Positions 38,698-61,164 of a stretch of DNA of 64,000 nucleotides are shown here, one piece after another. This DNA is from the human T2T-CHM13v2.0 reference genome, Homo sapiens. The notes beneath the pieces are model-generated. The model did no database searches, was not told the DNA's origin, and worked only from the letters and a program-made list of their open reading frames with translations. The position numbers and the translations under genes were made by a program. The stretch lies in NCBI RefSeq assembly GCF_009914755.1, contig NC_060928.1; one strand, written 5' to 3'. Within the stretch, counting starts at the first letter, position 1; every line of letters begins with the position of its first letter.

Positions 38698-39022
38698 CAG
38701 TAGTCCCTGCTTATTCATGTGTTTTGTCTCTTCACGTTTCAGTTACCTATGGTCAACTGTAGTCCAAAAATATTACATACAATAAGGTATTTTGAGAGAG
38801 ACCATATTTACAAAGATATTTACAGAACTTTTGTTACAGTATAACTGTTCTATTTTGTTATCGTTGTTATTAATCTCTTGTTGTGCCTGATTTATAAATT
38901 AAACTTTATCATAGGAGTGTATGTATAGGCAAAGACATATATACGGTTTGATACTATCTATGATTTCAGGCATCCACTGGGGATCTTAGAACACATCTTC
39001 CCCAAATAAAGGGAGATTACTG
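38698..39022. mobile_element. MER44A-type (Tigger7-derived) MITE
   Basis: TA-cagtagtccc...tttcagttacc...aaattaaactttatcatagg...caggcatccactgggg...tactg-TA. Confidence 0.85.
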
Positions 39023-40645
39023 TATATGTGTACTCCCATCTCTACCATTTTAGGCTTTCTTTATTAAGAGTAATTTTGCTGAACATTTAGAACTTTCTAT
39101 TACCAGAAAGAGAAGCATTTTAAAGTAAATTTCTAGATTTGGCAGAGTCAGAAGTCTTAGGCCTTCAGATATTAGAGTCCAGGGCTGACAATAAGTTACA
39201 CACATTTGGTCACTTATTCAGGGCACCCATGAAATACAGGGGTCCACAGAAACAGCAAGTCGAAAGCCAGATAGGCAGTTTAGGATCTTAGAGTAAACAT
39301 ATTGTTAAATATCCAGAGAGATAAGAACCCAAAATTCTTATTGAAATTGAAGGAAAGGGATAAAAACAGTAAAAGAATGACTATACTAGTAATAAGGGAT
39401 GACTCAGTAACTGAGGCCTAGGATTATTTCAATCTTGGCGTTTTTATTTCAATCTTGGAGTTTTTATTTGGTGGTGTGCTAGCAATAGTAGTGGTGGCAG
39501 CGACAGTGGTAGACAGTCCCCACCCCTTGCAGTTTGTAAATGATAGTCAAGGAGTCTCTTGGTTGGAGTAGTGAGAGGAGATCAGGGCAGTCATGACTCA
39601 TCTGGCCATTCACAGATGCCCCAGTTGGTGAGTGAGCATTTTTCTGTTTTTGGCTAACTCATTCTAGGTGCAAACATTAGTTAATGAATATAGTGAATGT
39701 GACATATAGGAGATGACCCTTGATTAGTATTTTGAAAAAAAGAGAATTATTTCTGGCTCAGTTGAGAGCAGTAGGGATATATAATAAATTATATATGTAG
39801 GCTAAATAGGCAATTTGATGATGTTTGAGTGGAGAGAATTGGTAATGTGCAGAAGAATATCAGTAGATTTTGCTGGTTTGAAAGGAGCATGTGTATGTAC
39901 ATTACATGTGTAAAGGGCAATAACAGATCTTGATTTTAATAAGGCTTCTCCTTATGCCCTCATAAACAGTTGGAGAAATATGGACTGAATAATAGTAAAG
40001 CTGGTATATTTATATTTGTTTGAATAATTATGTGCTAGATTATTGATTTAAGTGTTTAAGGTCAATAGTAAACTAAAATTCATAACATATCCTTATTTGA
40101 TATATGGTCCCATGAATAATTATGAAGGTCAAAGAGACATATGTTTGTATAATTTTATACTTTATGAATGTTTCAGTGAGTACAATTTAATTGATTTGGC
40201 AATTTTAGCTACTTCCACACTGAATCAGGATCAGTAGACATATTGTTAACTACCTACTATTCTCTGTGAATAAAGCACTGTGTGGACTGGGGAAATTTTT
40301 TTAACTTGATTTTCTTGTTACAATGCTTCTGTAATAAGGGCACTTTATTTCTGTTCTACCTTCTATGAAATAAAGAACATAAGTGTTTTTCTAGTGCCTA
40401 ACACACTGCCAGTCTTAATAAATAATACTTGCTTAATAATACTGGCTTAATAATACTTGCTGATTGACTTGCGTATTTAAAGATAGGGAATATTTTATAA
40501 GCAACTTTAAAATATCCTTTCATATATTTCAAGATAGGTTTGGGAATATCCATGCATTTTTCTTAGATACCCTTTTTGGAAAAAGTGAGGAATGAATGAG
40601 TGAATGAACACTAGCACAAACAATAACTTTTCTCATTTCTTACAG

Positions 40646-40890
40646 GTGCACAGACAAGATTTACATTTGAGCTGCCAAATCACAGATTGCGTTTTACTTC
40701 AAAAGTTTCTGCCACAGATATGTCAACCATTCCTCCTTCTGCCAGTCTTAACCTTCCCCCTGTTACCATGTCAGGGAAATATATAATGGAAGAACATGAT
40801 AGTTATTCGGATCAGGTGTGGAGTATAGATGAACTGCCTTCTAAACAAGGTTACTATTTACAGGGAAATTATCTGCGTTGTGTGGCAGAA
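40646..40890 (+). CDS. BLTP1: BLTP1 coding exon w21 (GAQTRFTF...RCVAE), 245 nt, phase 1-0
   Basis: cttacag|GTGCA ... CAGAA|gtaagt; ORF 40687..40905. Confidence 0.92.
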
Positions 40891-42230
40891 GTAAGTTTAC
40901 TTTAAAATTTTCTTACTCTTCGTAATTTAGGAGTCTTCAAGATTTATATGTACCAAAATATGTAGTAATCCAAACTTTTAAGGTAAAGTCTTAAAATAAT
41001 TTGTTTTCACAGAAGAATTCTATACCAAATCAAGTGTGTGTGTGTGGGTGTATGTGTGTTTTTGTGTCTGTTAGTCTGACTACCCTGTAGTTTTATTTAC
41101 ACATGCTTTTAAAAATATGTATTAGTTATGTATTCCATCTCTGCAATATTTTCATAGTTCAAATGATTATTAAAAGCAAATCACAGCTAACATTCATTAT
41201 GTGCTTTACACGCATTGACTTCTGCAGTGCTTAAGTAAATCCTATGAGGTAGAAATATTTGTTCTCATTTTGTAAGTGAGCAAACTAAGCCTTAGCAAGG
41301 TAACAAATTCATACAGGTATACATAATTATTAAGATAATCTAAAGGTCATATTGAAAGATAAATTAGACTTACAGATTAATTTCTTTACTAAGGTTAAGT
41401 TGAAAGTAGCATATCTAATTCCATCATAATTTTTTCACTTTGTATAGCTGTCAAAAGTTTAAAAAGCATTTGGACACATTTTTCATTTGATTTGTGGTAA
41501 GCAGGTCATCTGTTATTTTCCTAATTTGATATAAACTTGAAGCGGAGAAGTAAACACCTTTCCTTAAGTCTCGAGACCTAGCTATCAACTGAGAGAGGCA
41601 GGAGCCACGCCTTAGTGGTCTGCCTTCAGACACACTGTGCTGTGTCTCAGCTTACCTTGTCAGTTTGTCAAAAACTGTTGCAACTTTATGAAAAAGCAAT
41701 GTGCTATTTGTTTTATAAATTTTGTTCTCCATAACCTGAAGCATCTATAAGAATGCTCTTTGGGTTCTCTGATAGAAATATTATAACTGCGGGGGACATA
41801 TTTAAGTCTGATTTACCTTCTTAGGTCCTGCTTGCCCTGGAAGCTCTCTAAGAGTTGGGATTTCTGTGTATGAAAAACAAGTGTACGAAAAAATAGTGTT
41901 CAGATTCTAACAAGTCAAAGATTTAACTGAAAATATTTTAAAGTGTATCCCACTTGTACTTTCTACTCTGAAAACTAAAAGCCCCAAGCTCTATTTTAGC
42001 AATACTATTATTAATGTTCCATTTAAAAGAAAATACACGAATACAGTGTATTGTATAATTCCTTGCTAATACTAGATATTAGAAAGGTATAAGTTTGTAA
42101 CGAGGTGGAACACAATCCCAAATTTAGTAAAAAATGTATTTAATTTCAACCATTTCAAAGACTCTAAAATTGCATCCCTCTTAGAGTTGCCTATTTTACT
42201 ATGGCCTGAAATAAACATACCTGAAAATAG

Positions 42231-42284
42231 TTTCTGGCAAATTGGTTTATTAACTAATTAGTTTATTAACTAATTTGCCAGAAA
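42231..42284. repeat. 54-bp near-perfect palindrome
   Basis: 27-nt arms, 24/27 complementary, no spacer. Confidence 0.9.
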
Positions 42285-42472
42285 TTTAATACCTTGTACT
42301 AATCATAGGACACAAATTATAGGACACAAATTAAGGACACAAACCTTAACTGGGTATCTCTGATGATTTACTAATTCACTCAAATGTAAGCCTGAGACCC
42401 AGAATTTTGTTGGTTTTTATTCATAGCTGCATCCTTAGCACCTAACATGGTACATAGAGTAGACAGTCATTA

Positions 42473-42796
<324 letters not shown>

Positions 42797-43187
42797 TCTA
42801 TTTTTACTTAACTCGTCTATGATTCTAAGACCACAAAAGTGGCCATTAAAATGATCATTAAAAGTAAATTTTACTCTAGGAGAAAATTTAATTTCAAAAT
42901 TAGCAAGTTAAATATATAACTTCGATTTGCTCCCCAGACTTCTCATACCTTATTAACTACTGTTATTAAAAAACAAAAAACAAAACCCATTTTGGGAGTG
43001 TACTATAATAGTTTCTGGCCAGTAACGTATTAGGAACGCTGAATATTTTTAACTTTTCTTCAATATATTGATTTCAAATCATATAGAGATAATTATCTCT
43101 TTTTTCCTCAGTTTAGGGTGATTTATGTAAGAAAAAAGTGTAAAGCTAATGTAATCAGTGTTAATCTAATATGATTTTGTCTGGCAG

Positions 43188-43293
43188 GTTGGTTCCTTTG
43201 AACATAATCTTACAACTGATCTTCTAAACCACTTGGTATTTGTACAGAAAGTGTTCATGAAGGAAGTTAATGAAGTAATACAAAAAGTTTCTG
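43188..43293 (+). CDS. BLTP1: BLTP1 coding exon w22 (VGSFEHNL...IQKVS), 106 nt, phase 0-1
   Basis: ctggcag|GTTGG ... TTCTG|gtaaga; open frame. Confidence 0.92.
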
Positions 43294-44606
43294 GTAAGAT
43301 GATCTAGTACCTTATAGTATAGGTGTAGGTTTTTATTCTCATTGAGCGTGTGATATCCCATATATCTGTGGTATAAGTATTGATCCAGCATTTGGATATA
43401 GTTGTCAAATAACTCCTAAGAAACTGTGCATTCCTTTTATGGCTTTTCCACCTACAGTGTTTGCTTATCATTTTTGTCATGTATAATATACACATTTAAG
43501 ATTCATAAACTTCAGAAAGCTCCTTTATGTTTCACCCTGAAAAAAGAAAAGCTTACAGTATGTCTATTAACCAAATTAATCATACTCATTTGGGAACAAC
43601 ATTTAGGTAACTACTAAGATTTCAACCTTTTGTCTATACCAGATGATGGCTATATGCTGGCAGCATGGTAAATTGTCTGTGGAAACCCTCATTATATTTT
43701 TGCTGTTCCTCAAGAATAGCTTACAGTTGAGCTTAGTCATTGCTCTACATTTTTCACAAGCTAAAGTATTAGGGAATTAGGGTGAAAAGTTGACTGTATA
43801 ACAGTTCTTAATGCTGAGTATTTTTTGTATGAATGTTATCATGTTAAAAGAATTTTTAAGCCACATCCATAAATTGGCATCAAAAGGAGTTTCCTTTATG
43901 CTCATGGATTAATTCATTCATTTAACAAATTTATGAAGTATCTAGGTATTCACTTACAATTTTGATGAGTTCTGCGAATGACAAGAACAGGGTGCTATGA
44001 GTCTGTGTCATAGGAGAAACTACTGTAGTCTAAAGGATCAGAAAAGGCTTCTCAGAAGAAGTCGTATCCCAAAACTTAAGAATGAAGCCTAGTTTGGCAA
44101 GAAAGGAGAGGTAGAGAGGACGCAGACAGAGCATATGTACCAGTATTTGATAAGGGTCTGAAGGAGGACAGTGCTCCTTGGATGAAGGAACTACATTATG
44201 TAGCAGCTGTGTGAGCAGCCAGTTTCCTTGATTCTCCTGGGCTGGTTCTGGTTGTATCTGAGGTCAGGAAGCTACTTAATGATCATATTGAGGAAGCCCT
44301 GCAGAGCTGTAGAATTTTACAAGTTAGGTCTTAAAAGATCAGATCATTGGTAGCCATGGAGTTTTTCCAAAAATGGTTGACTAGAAATCATTAAGGAAGA
44401 AATAAATATATAGTAAAATTCCTTTCTGCCACTGAAGAAGCCTTAACTTGGGAAACATACAGAAGTTTTGGTGTGTCCCATTTACCTGGTAAAAATCACA
44501 TTATGACATTTTTTATGATAGGAAAGTTGTTAAGACTATATCAAGCTGGTAAACTTATGAGTTCTAAAGAATACTTTCAAGATAGTTTTATTACTGAAAA
44601 AATATA

Positions 44607-45010
<404 letters not shown>

Positions 45011-46037
45011 AAAAATAAATAGACTCTTACATGAACTAATCTTGTATTTCTTATGGTAAAAAAAACAAGTGTTGTGGAGTTCCTAGTATCAGACTGTCAG
45101 GGTAAGCCTCTCTTAAGGTAGTTTTGATTAAAGAGAAAGGCTTTTCTTAACCTTTAGATTGTAGTCAGGAGATGAAAGTATATCCCAAGGTCTATGAAGA
45201 ATAAGATGGACAAAGAGGACTGGAAATTAATATTTCTAACCATGAAGACTTGCTGTTTACTGTGAGAGAATCAGATGATAGTGACAAAGGAGTGGCTAGA
45301 TCTGCTCCTTGAACCATTTCTTTCTGACTTTAGCGACAGCCATGAACCTTGAGAAAATAGCTAAAGTGTAAATCACATATGATTTAGCTGGCCACAGGGC
45401 CTGATGGCGCATAGGCATTCAGTTATTCTGTCAAGACCAAGGAACATAACAGAATATTGAGAGGGAATACTTTGAACCCTTGTAGCTCAAATTTCTCAGT
45501 ACTCTGATCTCTGTATTGCTTCTTCCCTCTCCCATAATCTTCAGTTATTTTCCTAATTTTTTCTTATATTCTTCATGATTTTCCATCATGTTACGTTTAG
45601 TGTTAGGACATTTTCTGTTATGTAGGAAGACTAATGTTCATAACAATCATCAAGTTTGTTAGGAAAATACTTTTTTAAAAAATTGATTACCTTATTTGTC
45701 CACGAAGGACTTTCAAGAATGCTTGGGTTTCAGAAAGATGTAAGTAAGCACTGATCAAGTAAACAGAATAGACTATTTTTAATGTACAGCCATCTTAGAA
45801 GCATATAAGGAGGTTACCATCTTAGAATTGGGCCAGGTATATATTTGTTGATAAAGACATAAAATACTATGGAATTAATGCAAATAATATAATAGCGTCT
45901 CTTATGGTTCCATAAGCTAAAATTATTGTTTAGTATGTTTTGTGAATGGTTGAGCTTTTGCTTTTAAATTTTAAACTTTTCTTTCTGAAACTAGATAAAA
46001 GGTATTCAAGGTTGTGATAGGCAAACAAAACAAATAG

Positions 46038-46368
<331 letters not shown>

Positions 46369-46816
46369 CATCAAACAGTTTTATCTTCAGAGATGGATTA
46401 TCAAATGAACAGACACAAAGCCATTATTTTTTTTGTAAAACAACTTGAGTATAAGAAAAATTAGACAGATGTGAATATTCACAAAGCTCTAGACATTTAG
46501 AGTATTAGTATTACAATATTCAAAGTGAAAGTGTGCTAAGCAATGTAAAAATCTAGGATTATTTCAGATATGTTAAAACATGTATTTGTTTAGCAAAATG
46601 ATTTAAGAGAATATGAAAAAGTGAAAGGCTTACATTTAGACTGTCAGAAGAAAATAGTATGTTAACGAAGTATACTGTTAGGTAATATAACATGAAGATT
46701 TCGCTCTACTTAAGTAAGTGAAAATTGAAAAAGAATCTGCTTTTAACCAAGTGAAAAGGATAATTAAAAAGCATGAATATTAAGAAAATGGAAATTGATG
46801 AGATATTTGCCTGGTT

Positions 46817-47041
46817 ATGAGAATAACTAGAGAAACAATAAGCCTATCCAACCAACTTGTATATAAATCTACAGGTCCAAATGAGACACATCGAAGTTAT
46901 TTAAAAGAACTAATGGAGGTCCTCTTGGTACCTCTGAGAATGTACTTCAGTAAATCATGGGTATCAGGAGAGGTCTCCAAACACAGGAAAATTGGGGTAC
47001 CTAACTTAAAGAAGGGTTGGAAAGGAGCCTCAAGGAACTGA
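46817..47041 (+). mobile_element. Ancient CR1/L3 LINE ORF2 (RT N-terminal region) remnant
   Basis: YKSTGPNETHRSYLKELMEVLLVPLRMYFSKSWVSGEV...KKG aligns by eye to the CR1 motif KSPGPDGIHPRVLKELA...PL..IFEKSW.TGEVP.DW......KKG. Confidence 0.72.
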
Positions 47042-47253
47042 TACCCCAAAGGCTAATCCAAAAAAAAAAATCTGATGTTTTTTACTTAGTCTAGTCTCCC
47101 TTAGGAAATAACCTCCTTAATAACACTTCTTAAGTCATGCTAATACTTTTCAGAAAAATATGAGGCTAGCTATAATTTCAAAATAATTTAAGCAAGTTAA
47201 TAGCTTAATCAAGTATAGAGGATATGATGCACTTAAACTTATATATTTATGCC

Positions 47254-47345
47254 ATACTATGAAATAAAACTTGATTGACACAAAAGTAGGACAGTGGGCC
47301 ATATTTATACTATGAAATAAAACTTGATTGACACAAAAGTAGGAC
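47254..47345. repeat. 39-bp perfect direct repeat (period 53) abutting the L1 5' end
   Basis: atactatgaaataaaacttgattgacacaaaagtaggac at 47254-47292 and 47307-47345. Confidence 0.95.
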
Positions 47346-52175
<4,830 letters not shown>

Positions 52176-52738
52176 ACAAGAGTAGCCAATATTAGATACA
52201 TAGATAGATCATAATAGTAGATTCATATTTTCTTCAGATTTGTTTTGATTCTTATTACTTAGATAAAATACTATTTATTATTTAATTGAATAAATAGATA
52301 AGACAGCTAACTTTCAAAATCAGAATCATGTAGTTTTTATTTGATCACCTATTGTGTTGTGTTTGTTGTATCTCATGATGATTCCTAAATAACCTGCACC
52401 ATGCTCTTGCCTATAGAGCCAAGAGAAACTAAGAACTCTCTTAGCTTAATTTCACCCATCCTGTTAGAAAGTGTCAAGATATACATAGAGTCATAAACAA
52501 TTTTTTGTGGCAGTATTCTAACAAATCCTCAAAATGTAGACATTATTTCATGTAATATTTTCCTCTCTATAACATAACTCATTCTGTATTTCAGAGTAGA
52601 AATTGCAACCGTATCTTAGAAAATATAAAAGAAGATTCTATAATCCATTCCATAGTTACTTATTCAGAACTTTAAAAACATATGACCCCAAACTAGGTGA
52701 TAAGCAAATTACAAAGATATGTGGGTAAAAATTTTACT

Positions 52739-52778
52739 TACTTCTGTTTGGAACATTATACTTCTGTTTGGAACATTA
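52739..52778. repeat. 20-bp perfect tandem duplication tacttctgtttggaacatta x2
   Basis: Directly visible. Confidence 0.92.
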
Positions 52779-53978
52779 GGTATTTAAACATATAATAATA
52801 AAAAGATTTAAATGAATTTTTGATGAATGAAGAAGTTAAGTAGTATAAATAGAGGATGTATTGAGGCATAGGAATGATTCGAACTGATACTTGAGTAAGT
52901 TCTACTTTTTGATGATTGAGCGCCTTTCAAGAGAGGGACAGTTTGATGAAAGAAAATAGCAAGAAACTGGGACTGAAAGACACATTTATTTGCTGAGAAT
53001 GAGATAAGAATTGTGGGAGTATGAGGAAAATTATAAAGACTTGCAGTAATTGTTGTGAGGAGTGTGTTGGAGAAATGACAGAAGATGAAGAGTTGGATCA
53101 CCAAGCAACACAGGTGCTTTATACTTGCGTTCAGGAAAAGACTGAGGGTCAGCTAAGGTACTGCTTGCTAGGATCCACATATATATGGCCCTTCCCCTTA
53201 AGAATTATTTAATTAGGGAAATTGCTGTGTAGATAAATTAATATACAGAAATGTGTATTTTTTGGCAAACATCATGTAGGAAGGAAGGACCAAATGCTGA
53301 TAAGGGTGTATCAGAAAGAGTTTGAATAAACAAAATGTGATAAAGAACTTAGAAGAGCACTTGGCACTCAGTAAGCACTCAAATATTAGGTATTAGAATT
53401 GATAAATATATGCACTCAGTAAGCAAATATTAGGTATTAGAATTTACACATAACTACTTAGGAGTAAAAAATAAATAAGAACAGAATGTAAGTGAGGGGA
53501 TAAAGTCATTTAAGGAAAGTGAGCTCAAGGAACAGGGATGTGTAAGAGGGCTGTGGTTTGGAATTCAAATGATGAAAAGCAGAGACAGTAGTAGTTTAAT
53601 GTTTTGGAAATAGCATTGAAAAGTAAGCTAAACACCATCTGCTGCTGGATCAAAGGAATGAATGAATTTGAGATTTCCAAATAATAATGGCAACAAAAAG
53701 CCATATGCAAATGAAGTTAGAGAATCAGGGAAATGAAAAGCATAATGTAAGACAGTGGAAGCTTTCCTGGTAGTAGATGGAAGATAGAGACAACAGGGAT
53801 GGGAAGAGGTAGTTGATAGCTGGGTTGGGGGGGTGATATTATATACACACAAATACACACATACATATATGTATGTATGTATATGGCTGTAGGTAGGGTT
53901 ATCAATGATGAGGCTTAGGTAAGGGATGATTGTAGATTTGAGTTAGGAGGCAGAGAGAAGTACTTAATTATAAGTTGA

Positions 53979-54427
<449 letters not shown>

Positions 54428-55418
54428 CAAATATATGTTAATTAATATGTTCTGGTATAACCAATCCACAAATCCTTAATACTTTACTTTCCATCTCTTC
54501 ATCCATATCATTCTTTCATTCCCTTTCTGGTGTATTTATTCATCTTTATGTACAAAGGTCTTTTTTGGGGGGCCAAGTTATGTCCTTGTCTCTCTTTTCT
54601 TGGTCTTATCTTGGATGTGCCTTCTGTTGACTGTTGCCTCTATTTTCTTCCTATTTTCTGTTCTAGTAGAAAACTAAAAAATATTTTTATCATAGTACTA
54701 ACTAAATAGATTTTTGACCCCTAAATTTCAAAAGCCCAAAAAAGATTAATTTCTCCTTCAAAACAAACAAAATCTGCTTTTTATCTATTTGGTTCTTAGT
54801 TATTTTGATAATATCTGTGGTCCCTAATAGGGGAAGAAAACATTCCATCCCACCTATACAGACTCCCTGGGATGATGATCAACTCAACATATGTACAAAA
54901 AGATTAATCATTGTAAGAAAGAATATTTGAAAGATAGGCAGGCAGAATGTTTTCAAATCAATGGAAAGAGAAGTGGAAACAGAAGTAAGATATTAAGATA
55001 TTAGAACATTATTTTCTGTATGCCACATTGCCCAGGCAAAAAAAAAAAAAAATGCTCTCTTAATAGTAACTTCACCACCAGGGGCTCTGCAACAGAATTC
55101 ACATTATTAGTTGAAGAAATTAGTCCAGTTTACTTTTTTCCCTCAAATGTGTTTTCTGAGATGTATAAACACATGTTTTGGTTCAATAATATATACAGTG
55201 TTTTAATTGAATATAAAATGTTATTAATAAATGTCTACATATGCAGAATTATCCCTATCTTTCATATATCTGTCTCAGTTAAATGTAACTTAGCTAAAGA
55301 TCTCTGTATCAGTGGTCAGTAAAAAGAAAATATTTTGTGAGGATTTTTTTTTAATGCACAAAATAGTTATTTTTTTTCTTTAAAAAAAAAAATTGTCCCG
55401 AACTCTTCTTTCCTTTAG

Positions 55419-55516
55419 GTGGGGAGCAGCCTATTCCTCTCTGGAACGAACATGATGGAACAGCAGATGGAGATAAACCTAAAATTCTCCTCTATTCCCT
55501 AAACTTGCAGTTCAAG
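55419..55516 (+). CDS. BLTP1: BLTP1 coding exon w23 (GGEQPIPL...NLQFK), 98 nt, phase 1-0
   Basis: cctttag|GTGGG ... TCAAG|gtaaca; open frame. Confidence 0.92.
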
Positions 55517-55938
55517 GTAACATAAATATAATGATACTTTTATAAAAATTTTTCTAATCAATTAATATATGCTTGTTATAGAAAATTTGTATCTTACATA
55601 AATTACCAAACAGAAAATAAAAATGATCTATAACTCCATCTACTCAGAGAAAAAGCTTTAACAATAATTATTTGAATATTCTTTAGGACTTTTTTCCTGT
55701 TAGTATTTTTATATATGCATATATTTATACATTTGAAAAATAATTGGATACCTTTCCATATTAGAATATTTAGATTAGTTTTATCTTCTTGAACATCTGT
55801 ATTGTATGTTGTACAGTTGTAACAATTTATTCAGCCACTCCCTTCTGACGAACATTTTGTTTTTCTTCAAGTACTGCTGTTATAATTTACTCTGCAAGAA
55901 ATATTTTATGCACTTTTCCAGTTAACTATATTACTTTT

Positions 55939-56203
55939 AGAAGGCTGATGCAGGAGGATTGCTTGAGCCCAGGAGTTTGAGACTAGCTCTGGCAACATAG
56001 CGAGACTTTGTCTCTACAAAAAATTTGAAAAAACAAAAAAATTAGCCAGGTGGGTGGCACACACCTGTAGTCTCAGTTACTTCGGAGGCTAAAGCAGGAG
56101 GATTGCTTCAGTCTGGAAGTTCAAGGCTACAGTGAGCTGTGGTTGTGCCACTGCATTTGAGCCTGGGCAACAGAGTGAGACCTGTCTTAAAAAACAAACA
56201 AAG
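55939..56203 (+). mobile_element. AluJ-like, 5'-truncated
   Basis: ggaggattgcttgagcccagg...ttcaaggctacagtgagc; degenerate TSD actatatta(c/t)ttt. Confidence 0.9.
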
Positions 56204-56412
56204 ACTATATTATTTTAATAGAAAACTTAATATTTCCAATATTTAAGATACTGGTGTTCATAAAAGTTATTTAATTGTATTTAATGTATTCAATCCATTG
56301 AATACTAAATTTTAAATATAAAATATCAAAATGAAACATAATGGGAAAAAATTGCTACTAACACGAGAAATTAACGTTGCCAGTTTTATCAGTTCATTAG
56401 ACATATCCTATA

Positions 56413-58801
<2,389 letters not shown>

Positions 58802-58916
58802 TTCATGGTTTAAAACACGACTATTTTATTTATCATATACTGAAAGACTACATTTGAGTAGGTATATGTTGTTGATTTAAGATTCATTTTTTTCCTCCTA
58901 ACATATAATCTGCTAG

Positions 58917-59102
58917 GGTATTCAAGTAACGGCCACTACTCCATCAATGAGAGCTGTAAGATTTGAAACTGGATTGATTGAACTGGAACTTTCTAACCGA
59001 CTTCAAACCAAAGCTTCACCAGGAAGTAGCAGCTATCTGAAACTGTTTGGCAAATGCCAGGTGGATTTAAATCTGGCATTAGGACAAATTGTCAAACATC
59101 AG
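58917..59102 (+). CDS. BLTP1: BLTP1 coding exon w24 (GIQVTATT...IVKHQ), 186 nt, phase 0-0
   Basis: ctgctag|GGTAT ... ATCAG|gtgagt; ORF 58947..59210. Confidence 0.92.
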
Positions 59103-59995
59103 GTGAGTACAGAATATGTTGATGTTAGAACGATGGCTTTTAAATTTTGCACATCAATTTTAACTACTGTAACTTATGTATTATTATATTTACAAAAATA
59201 TTTAGTTTAATTTCCTAAAGTTTCTGATTATAAATTCAGTGAAAACTCATTTACCTTGGCATTTCATTGAAAATTGTAGCCGCATATTGTTATAGTTTAG
59301 TGCAGATGCACTCACATAAAACTTAATCCAGTATCTTCGTAATCATTTGCTTGTAATTTTTTTTATTTTGCTAAACATTTTTTATTTCAAAGTCTTGTGC
59401 TAACATTACTCAGTTCTTAAAATGTTAAGTGTATACCTTTCCTGTAGAATATTAGCAAGTTCTGCATATAGTAATGTTAAATAAAGTTAAAAAACAGCAG
59501 TTAGATTCTCTATTTTATAAAAATGAATGTTCACAGCTTATTGGAGATTTTTTTTGTTTTTATTTTGCCAAAAATTATTATGTAGATTTTAATCTTTTTT
59601 CCTCTTTGAAGAACCAAGTAGAAAAATGCCAGTCACAGTTTCAAAACTGAATCGCTGCATTAAAGATACGAGGAAAAAATGAACAAAAATTTCTTGTCAT
59701 CTCTTAGAGGTTCTAATTATTCTGAAATATTTAATACATTGCCATTTAGAATATGGACCTCATCCTAACTTTTATATAAAGTTTATCTATGACTTCATAT
59801 TTACTTCTTGCATGGCTATTTTGTATATTAATTTCAAGTGTTTATGGTACAGAGTATAAGGAATATACATTAACAGCTGAATTTGAGAAAAATGTATTAT
59901 AGTTTTTTTGGTGAACAATACCATTAATAATGTTTAGTTTCATATTAAAACTTTTTCCATTATTTTATTTTATTGAGCTTTAAATTTTATTTTAG

Positions 59996-60164
59996 GTTTA
60001 TGAGGAAGCTGGTTCTGATTTTCATCAAGTTGCCTATTTTAAAACCAGAATTGGATTAAGAAATGCCCTCCGAGAAGAAATCAGTGGTTCTTCAGATAGG
60101 GAAGCTGTGCTTATTACTTTGAATAGACCAATTGTTTATGCACAGCCTGTGGCCTTTGATAGAG
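59996..60164 (+). CDS. BLTP1: BLTP1 coding exon w25 (VYEEAGSD...VAFDR), 169 nt, phase 0-1
   Basis: attttag|GTTTA ... TAGAG|gtaaga; open frame. Confidence 0.92.
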
Positions 60165-61164
60165 GTAAGATAAAGTCAATCACTACTATCCTCTGGGATC
60201 TAGGAATGCTTTGTTAATGCTAGATAAGAATCTTGTAGTTTACTGGTGTAAATGCTTGACAGCTAAATGGTTCCTAAATCTGAAATGTGTGTATCCAAAA
60301 AAAAAATCTTGCTTTTTGCCTTCAGTTTTTAAAAGTTATTTTACATTTTAAAGTTATTTTGTCTTCTGGCTGGATAACATAAGAGTGTCTGCTTCAGATT
60401 ATGTAATTGTAATGCTGATTTTTTTTGTTTTGATAATTAATGCACCCATTTGTGTTTTGGCACTGTGTTTATTTTTATATTCTATAAACATTTATCAGGT
60501 ACTGCCTAGAAGTGGAATACAAAAATAAACAACAGTATCCCTGCCCTCAAGGACCTGTCAGTCCAGTGGAAAAGAAAACAAAGTAGACTACACAGTGGAG
60601 TCAGAGATGTGTTCTTGGTTCTGAGGAATTCTCTACCTTTGCCTATGCTTCTTAGAGGAGAAACTAATTCTTGATTTGACTTTGAATTAGGAGTTCACCA
60701 GGGAGATAAGGAAATGAAATTTACTTTTATATCCCAGGGCCTAGAACAGTCCCTGGCATACAATAAGAACGAAATAAACATTGAGTAAGAGAGAATAAGA
60801 ATGAATGTGTTTAAACACATAAGTCTAAGAAAATATAGCAGTAGGTTTCATAGAAGAAAATAATGGGAAAGAAGGCTGAACAGGTAGACAAGGTCTAATT
60901 AATGTGGATTGGGCAAATATATTTGAACTGTATTTTAGAAGTAATGAGGAGCCATTTAAGAAGCCATTTAAGATCTTCATCAGTGATGGACATAGGCTAG
61001 TAACAGAATCCTGTTAGAAAATTGCCCTTTTGGCAGTGTTACAGATAGCATTTTATTTTGCTGAATCCCATGTACATGTTTTTCAGTTCTCATTTTACTG
61101 ACCTCTCATCAGCTTTCATCAGCTTCTTAAAGTATTTTGTACCCTTGGTGTCCTTGACACAAAA

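Noticed and set aside
55072-55090. CTCF-like motif ccaccaggggctc
   Set aside because: It is one G short of the core consensus and cannot be supported without ChIP data.
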